Assembly (NCBI GenBank): GCA_963667015.2
Contig: CAXXJJ010000001.1
Span: forward strand, 416,001 to 480,000
Source of the DNA: Desulfatiglandales bacterium
Lineage (GTDB): Bacteria; Desulfobacterota; DSM-4660; Desulfatiglandales; HGW-15
Length of the DNA: 64,000 nt
Reading direction: 5' to 3'
Positions 59,981 to 64,000 of the stretch are shown here, in pieces (position 1 is the stretch's first letter; every line of letters begins with the position of its first letter). A program made the position numbers and the translations under genes. The notes below the pieces were generated by a model. That model saw only the letters and a list, made by a program, of their open reading frames with translations. It did no database searches and was not told where the DNA came from.

Positions 59981-60484
59981 GATAAAGGGATTTTTTAACC
60001 TGGTTCCGGCGGTCTCCGTGGGAACCATGTTTTATAATACTCCGTATTAGCAGAACTCAACTATATCCATCACAGTCAAGTCCATAGTATCAATACGTCC
60101 ATGCAATTATGATAAAAAATGATAATGGAATTATTTCATGGACGTTATATAACAAAAAGATAAAAGGTTACACGACCCCGTTGACCGGAGTAGCAATCGC
60201 CAGGTATGTTTTCGGCCTGGTGGCAGTAACAATGATGGAAAAGAAAGACGACCAGATCGGGATGGTATATCAGTCGTTTAATCGCTTTGAGCATTATCCC
60301 CATGGAGAAAGGAAAAAGGATGATATTCCTGATTTAAGCAACAACATACGTTTTTCATATTCCATTTTTGGTACTACCTATTAATATTTTATGACGATTG
60401 AAGACTGAAGAGGTTCAGGACAAGCGATTTTACTCTAACAGCGCATATACTGGATCGAGTTCTGTTGGGACTAACAAATACACT

Positions 60485-60526
60485 GTAACCCCTTGATTTT
60501 ACATTGTAGAGTCAAGGGGTTATTAC
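60485..60526. repeat. Imperfect inverted repeat / hairpin
   Basis: AACCCCTTGATTTTACA-T-TGTAGAGTCAAGGGGTT. Confidence 0.5.
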
Positions 60527-61034
60527 TTTGATTTGTGGTTGTTTTCGTTCATTTTGGTAGTAGTGGAGCTATAATTTTAATCATTATAATTCCTTTCAAG
60601 ACATACCTGAAATCTCATCTCATAAGAATTACTTCTGAACTGAAAATAATCCACAAGAACTAATATTCAAAAAAAGAGAGCCCAAGAGGTTGCCCATTTT
60701 ATCGTCCGGCAAATCGACCGTTTTATCGATCTGTAAAATCCATATAATATCAAGAGGTTGGACGATGGGACGATCTGAGCGATATCTTACTCATAAAGGA
60801 AGAATTTGGGATATTGGGGAGATGCATTGAGAGAGGTTACTAAAACTTTGAATACATAGCAGCTATACGTAATTATGGTTTATTGGGCAGTCTCTGCTTG
60901 AATATAACCCATACCTATGGCATTTAATATTTACTTATCTTATTATTTAATAACAAGCTTTCTGCAAAACATTACATAAGCGGAGTTATACAGTTCTTCA
61001 GAATAACTTGTTGTGGGCGTATAAGGAGACAGAT

Positions 61035-62666
61035 ATGAAATCATCGAAATACTTGAAACATCCTGCATATTCTTTTTTCCCTTTATTTTTAATTTTATCC
61101 TCTCTTTATTCGTATGCTTTTGCATCCCCGCAAATCTTCCCTACAAATGGTTGGCAGATAACCATACCGGAAGATCAAGGTATGCAATCATCCAAACTCG
61201 CCGACATGATGGATTATATCCAAAGAGAACAGTACAATATTGACAACATAACGATCGTCCGAAATGGGCACCTTGTTTTGGATGCTTACTTTTCACCTTA
61301 TAAAAAGGGGCAAAAGCATAATATTGCTTCGTGTACCAAGAGTATCATATCGGCATTGATGGGTATTGCTATAGATAAGGGTTTTATTGCCAATTTAGAC
61401 CAGTCCGTCCTCGAATTTTTTCCAGATAAGACATTTACGAATATTGATAACCGTAAAAAATCAATGACTATTGAACATCTGTTGACAATGGCATCGGGTT
61501 TGGAGTGCAAAGATACCTATCTCGATCAATGGCAGGGCTTGTATGATATGCGAAATAGCGGTGACTGGATTAAATATGTTCTTGACCTACCCATGTCCCG
61601 TATTCCTGGAGAAAAATTTGAATATTGCAATGGAGCTGCCTTTCTCATGTCGGCTATTATTCAAGATGCATCTGGAATGAGTACATTAGATTTTGCAAAA
61701 CAGTATTTATTCGCGCCTCTTGATATTTCTGATGTCGATTGGGAGACAAGTCCGCAAGGCTACCACCTCGGATATGGAGAAATGTGGTTGACCCCTCATG
61801 ACATGGTCAAAATCGGGTGGCTTTATTTAAACAAGGGGAAGTGGGGTAATAAACAAGTCATACCTTCATCCTGGATTGAGGCATCGACGCGAAGGCATAT
61901 CGACGCAAATCTTTTTGATTATTATGGATATTATTGGTGGATTGACTCTGTTGAGAAGGGCAATTCGGTTGATTATTATGTGGCTGTTGGCAACGAGGGG
62001 CAACGCATTTTCGTTGTACCAGAAAAGAATATGGTAATTGTATTTACAGGGCGACTTACAGGCAAGGATAGCTTTGTTCCTAAAAAATTACTTAACTCTT
62101 ATATTGTTCCAGCTTTATCGTCATCTGACACTTTACCGCAAAATAAAAAGGAACAAATCCGCCTTAACATGCTGGTAAATCAAGTTGCCAAATCAAATAC
62201 CTATATCTGGTCATCAGAAAGTGAAGGAATAGCTAAAAACTATACTTTTCAGCGCACCGCATTACCTGCCTTCCAATTTAAATATCCTATAGGAAGTGAA
62301 AAAGCTGAAACAGACGGACCCGGTCAGATTATGAGGATGAAAAGTCCCGGGAATGTCGTAATTAGGGCAGGTATTGTTGATATCCCCGAAGGCATACCGA
62401 TAGAAGAATTCGGGTCAAAATATTTTATTATGCGCCTAAAAGAGGGCGGCTCAGATTTCAAGATTATTTCGAATAAAGAAATCACGCTTCAATGCGGCAC
62501 AAAAGCATATCGAACCGATATTAAATGGCTTTGGGATAAAAATGTATCTATGACGACCTTCCTTGTATCGGTTTATAAGGATGGGAAATGCATATTTTTA
62601 AACACTCTTACATGGAGTGATCCAGAAAGATGTGAACCAATTGTAAACAGCTTAACTTTTAATTAG
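61035..62666 (+). CDS. Serine hydrolase, beta-lactamase (AmpC-like) family, exported, with extra C-terminal domain
   Basis: Signal peptide, SCTK (SxxK), HLLTMASG, PGEKFEYCN, LFAPLDI, YGYYWW, AVGNEGQ; ATG 61035 follows AAGGAG. Confidence 0.88.
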   Translation: MKSSKYLKHPAYSFFPLFLILSSLYSYAFASPQIFPTNGWQITIPEDQGMQSSKLADMMDYIQREQYNIDNITIVRNGHLVLDAYFSPYKKGQKHNIASCTKSIISALMGIAIDKGFIANLDQSVLEFFPDKTFTNIDNRKKSMTIEHLLTMASGLECKDTYLDQWQGLYDMRNSGDWIKYVLDLPMSRIPGEKFEYCNGAAFLMSAIIQDASGMSTLDFAKQYLFAPLDISDVDWETSPQGYHLGYGEMWLTPHDMVKIGWLYLNKGKWGNKQVIPSSWIEASTRRHIDANLFDYYGYYWWIDSVEKGNSVDYYVAVGNEGQRIFVVPEKNMVIVFTGRLTGKDSFVPKKLLNSYIVPALSSSDTLPQNKKEQIRLNMLVNQVAKSNTYIWSSESEGIAKNYTFQRTALPAFQFKYPIGSEKAETDGPGQIMRMKSPGNVVIRAGIVDIPEGIPIEEFGSKYFIMRLKEGGSDFKIISNKEITLQCGTKAYRTDIKWLWDKNVSMTTFLVSVYKDGKCIFLNTLTWSDPERCEPIVNSLTFN

Positions 62667-62677
62667 ATCAGATAAAG

Positions 62678-62735
62678 ACATAACTTTTTTGTACAGGTTG
62701 CCAAACAACTGGTGCCTGTGATTTTCACGTTAAAA
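62678..62735 (+). other. Degenerate short attC-like site
   Basis: ACATAAC 12 nt after the stop, TACAGG../..CCTGTG arms, CACGTTAAAA end; 58 bp. Confidence 0.35.
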
Positions 62736-63048
62736 GTACAGATATCTTATTCAAACTTTTCAACCAGTAGGGATATTATGAGATTATCTCAACTTCAATC
62801 GTTTATCATATTAATGCTTTTCACCTGGCATATTTCAACTCAATCATATCCTTGACACACAGGATGATCCCAAATATATTATCAAGTGCGTTAATCTTAA
62901 AAAAATGGAGATTTTTATCAAAGATTTTCGAAAAGCTGCTTTTTTTATTCTTTTTGACCACAGTTTTGGATTAGAGAAAAAGAATGGATGTAAAGGTATT
63001 CTGATTTTATAAAACAACAATGTGGGGGGAGAGAAGGAGAGTAAAACA

Positions 63049-64000
63049 GTGAGTACTAGAATTTTCATAAAAGGATTTTGTGGATTTGCCTTACTGGCGG
63101 CGATTATGGTCGTATCAATGTCAGTGTACGCGGCAACCGGGAATAGCAAATCTACACACCCAAACATCCTGCTGATCATCGGTGATGATATAGGAATAGA
63201 TATGTCATCTGATATGTATCCGGGCCTGATTGAAAGTTTGAGTAAGCAATATGGCCCTGATGGACATAATCATCCGAAATATAAAGATATCGATGGTCAC
63301 CCTTCGTCCACCCCTGTCCTCGACAAACTTGCAAAAGGGGGGATGAGGTTTTCTCAGGCATGGGCTCAACCGTTTTGTTCACCCACGCGTACATCCCTAA
63401 TCACGGGACTCTATTCTGCCAAGACCGGAGTACTGGATTATTATGGGTCTTTGTCTAAAAAGCATCATTCATTTGTCAATGATCTGAAGGAAAAGGGTGG
63501 TTACAGCACAGCGGTTTTCGGCAAATGGCATATAGCAGGACTGGGTAATTTCAACGGTATGATGCCCAAGGAAGCCGGTTTTGATCTATATAAGGGTAAC
63601 CTTAGCGGCGGTGTCAGGACGTACTGGGATTATGACTACCATATTCAGGATGCAGATACCCCTCCAGGCGAGTACCGCACGGAAAAACCGCCTGAGGTTT
63701 CACTCCCCGGTATTGCGCCAACTACCTTTGCACCGGTCGTGAAAACCTACAACACCATTAACTGGATCAAGGAACAGGAAGAGAAGAATCCTGACAAACC
63801 ATGGTTTGCCTATCTGGCCTTTAACCTGTCCCATATCACCGGACAGATGCGACCGAGTGCCATGGTTATTCCGAATAAAGAAACTTTAGACGAGAAAACT
63901 CTCAAAGAAGTGGAAGGATGCATGGGGCCTGACGGTCAATTCGGATCAGCGAATGTAGGTTCCTGTTCCGATGGCGCCCTAATGAGGGCAATGACCAACA
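63049..64000 (+). CDS. Sulfatase (formylglycine-dependent), exported; truncated by window edge
   Basis: Not in the ORF track. AAGGAG RBS, GTG 63049, signal peptide, PNILLIIGDDIG, TPVLDKLA, CSPTR (CxPxR), GKWH. Confidence 0.92.
   Translation, partial: MSTRIFIKGFCGFALLAAIMVVSMSVYAATGNSKSTHPNILLIIGDDIGIDMSSDMYPGLIESLSKQYGPDGHNHPKYKDIDGHPSSTPVLDKLAKGGMRFSQAWAQPFCSPTRTSLITGLYSAKTGVLDYYGSLSKKHHSFVNDLKEKGGYSTAVFGKWHIAGLGNFNGMMPKEAGFDLYKGNLSGGVRTYWDYDYHIQDADTPPGEYRTEKPPEVSLPGIAPTTFAPVVKTYNTINWIKEQEEKNPDKPWFAYLAFNLSHITGQMRPSAMVIPNKETLDEKTLKEVEGCMGPDGQFGSANVGSCSDGALMRAMTN

Noticed and set aside
60109..60384. 91-aa ORF
   Set aside because: TTG start, no RBS or recognisable motif; may be a fragment.

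Overview
64 kb of bacterial chromosome, most likely from an anaerobic Desulfobacterota (deltaproteobacterial) organism. This is inferred from the Hdr/Mvh and 2-oxoacid:ferredoxin oxidoreductase genes, a selenocysteine HdrA and the intergenic palindromic repeats. In order: an RND efflux operon (MFP, AcrB-like, TolC-like) converging on a TetR-SulP-phosphorelay operon; atoE; fic and a four-helix-bundle gene; a haem-c (CxxCH) hybrid kinase; yhbY, a Na/Pi cotransporter and a frameshifted M16 peptidase; a class II photolyase; two vapBC-type modules around a DUF1186-like gene; an uncharacterised module (small ORF, 110-aa protein, peptidoglycan-binding membrane-tailed protein, M15 peptidase); a candidate ~80-nt sRNA; an AT-rich island with an HNH-effector ABC-three-component (Lamassu-type) defence system, a group II intron 3' remnant, an attC-like site and a second HNH gene; a ParB-methyltransferase; a PocR hybrid kinase; an internally deleted AAA/DUF4143 pseudogene; a korDABC-hdrL-like-mvhD/hdrD-hdrA(Sec)/mvhD operon; hicAB; blaI/blaR1-like with operators; a serine hydrolase; and a sulfatase running off the right edge. 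Several single-base frameshifts may be assembly errors. All calls come from reading motifs by eye; no database searches were run.
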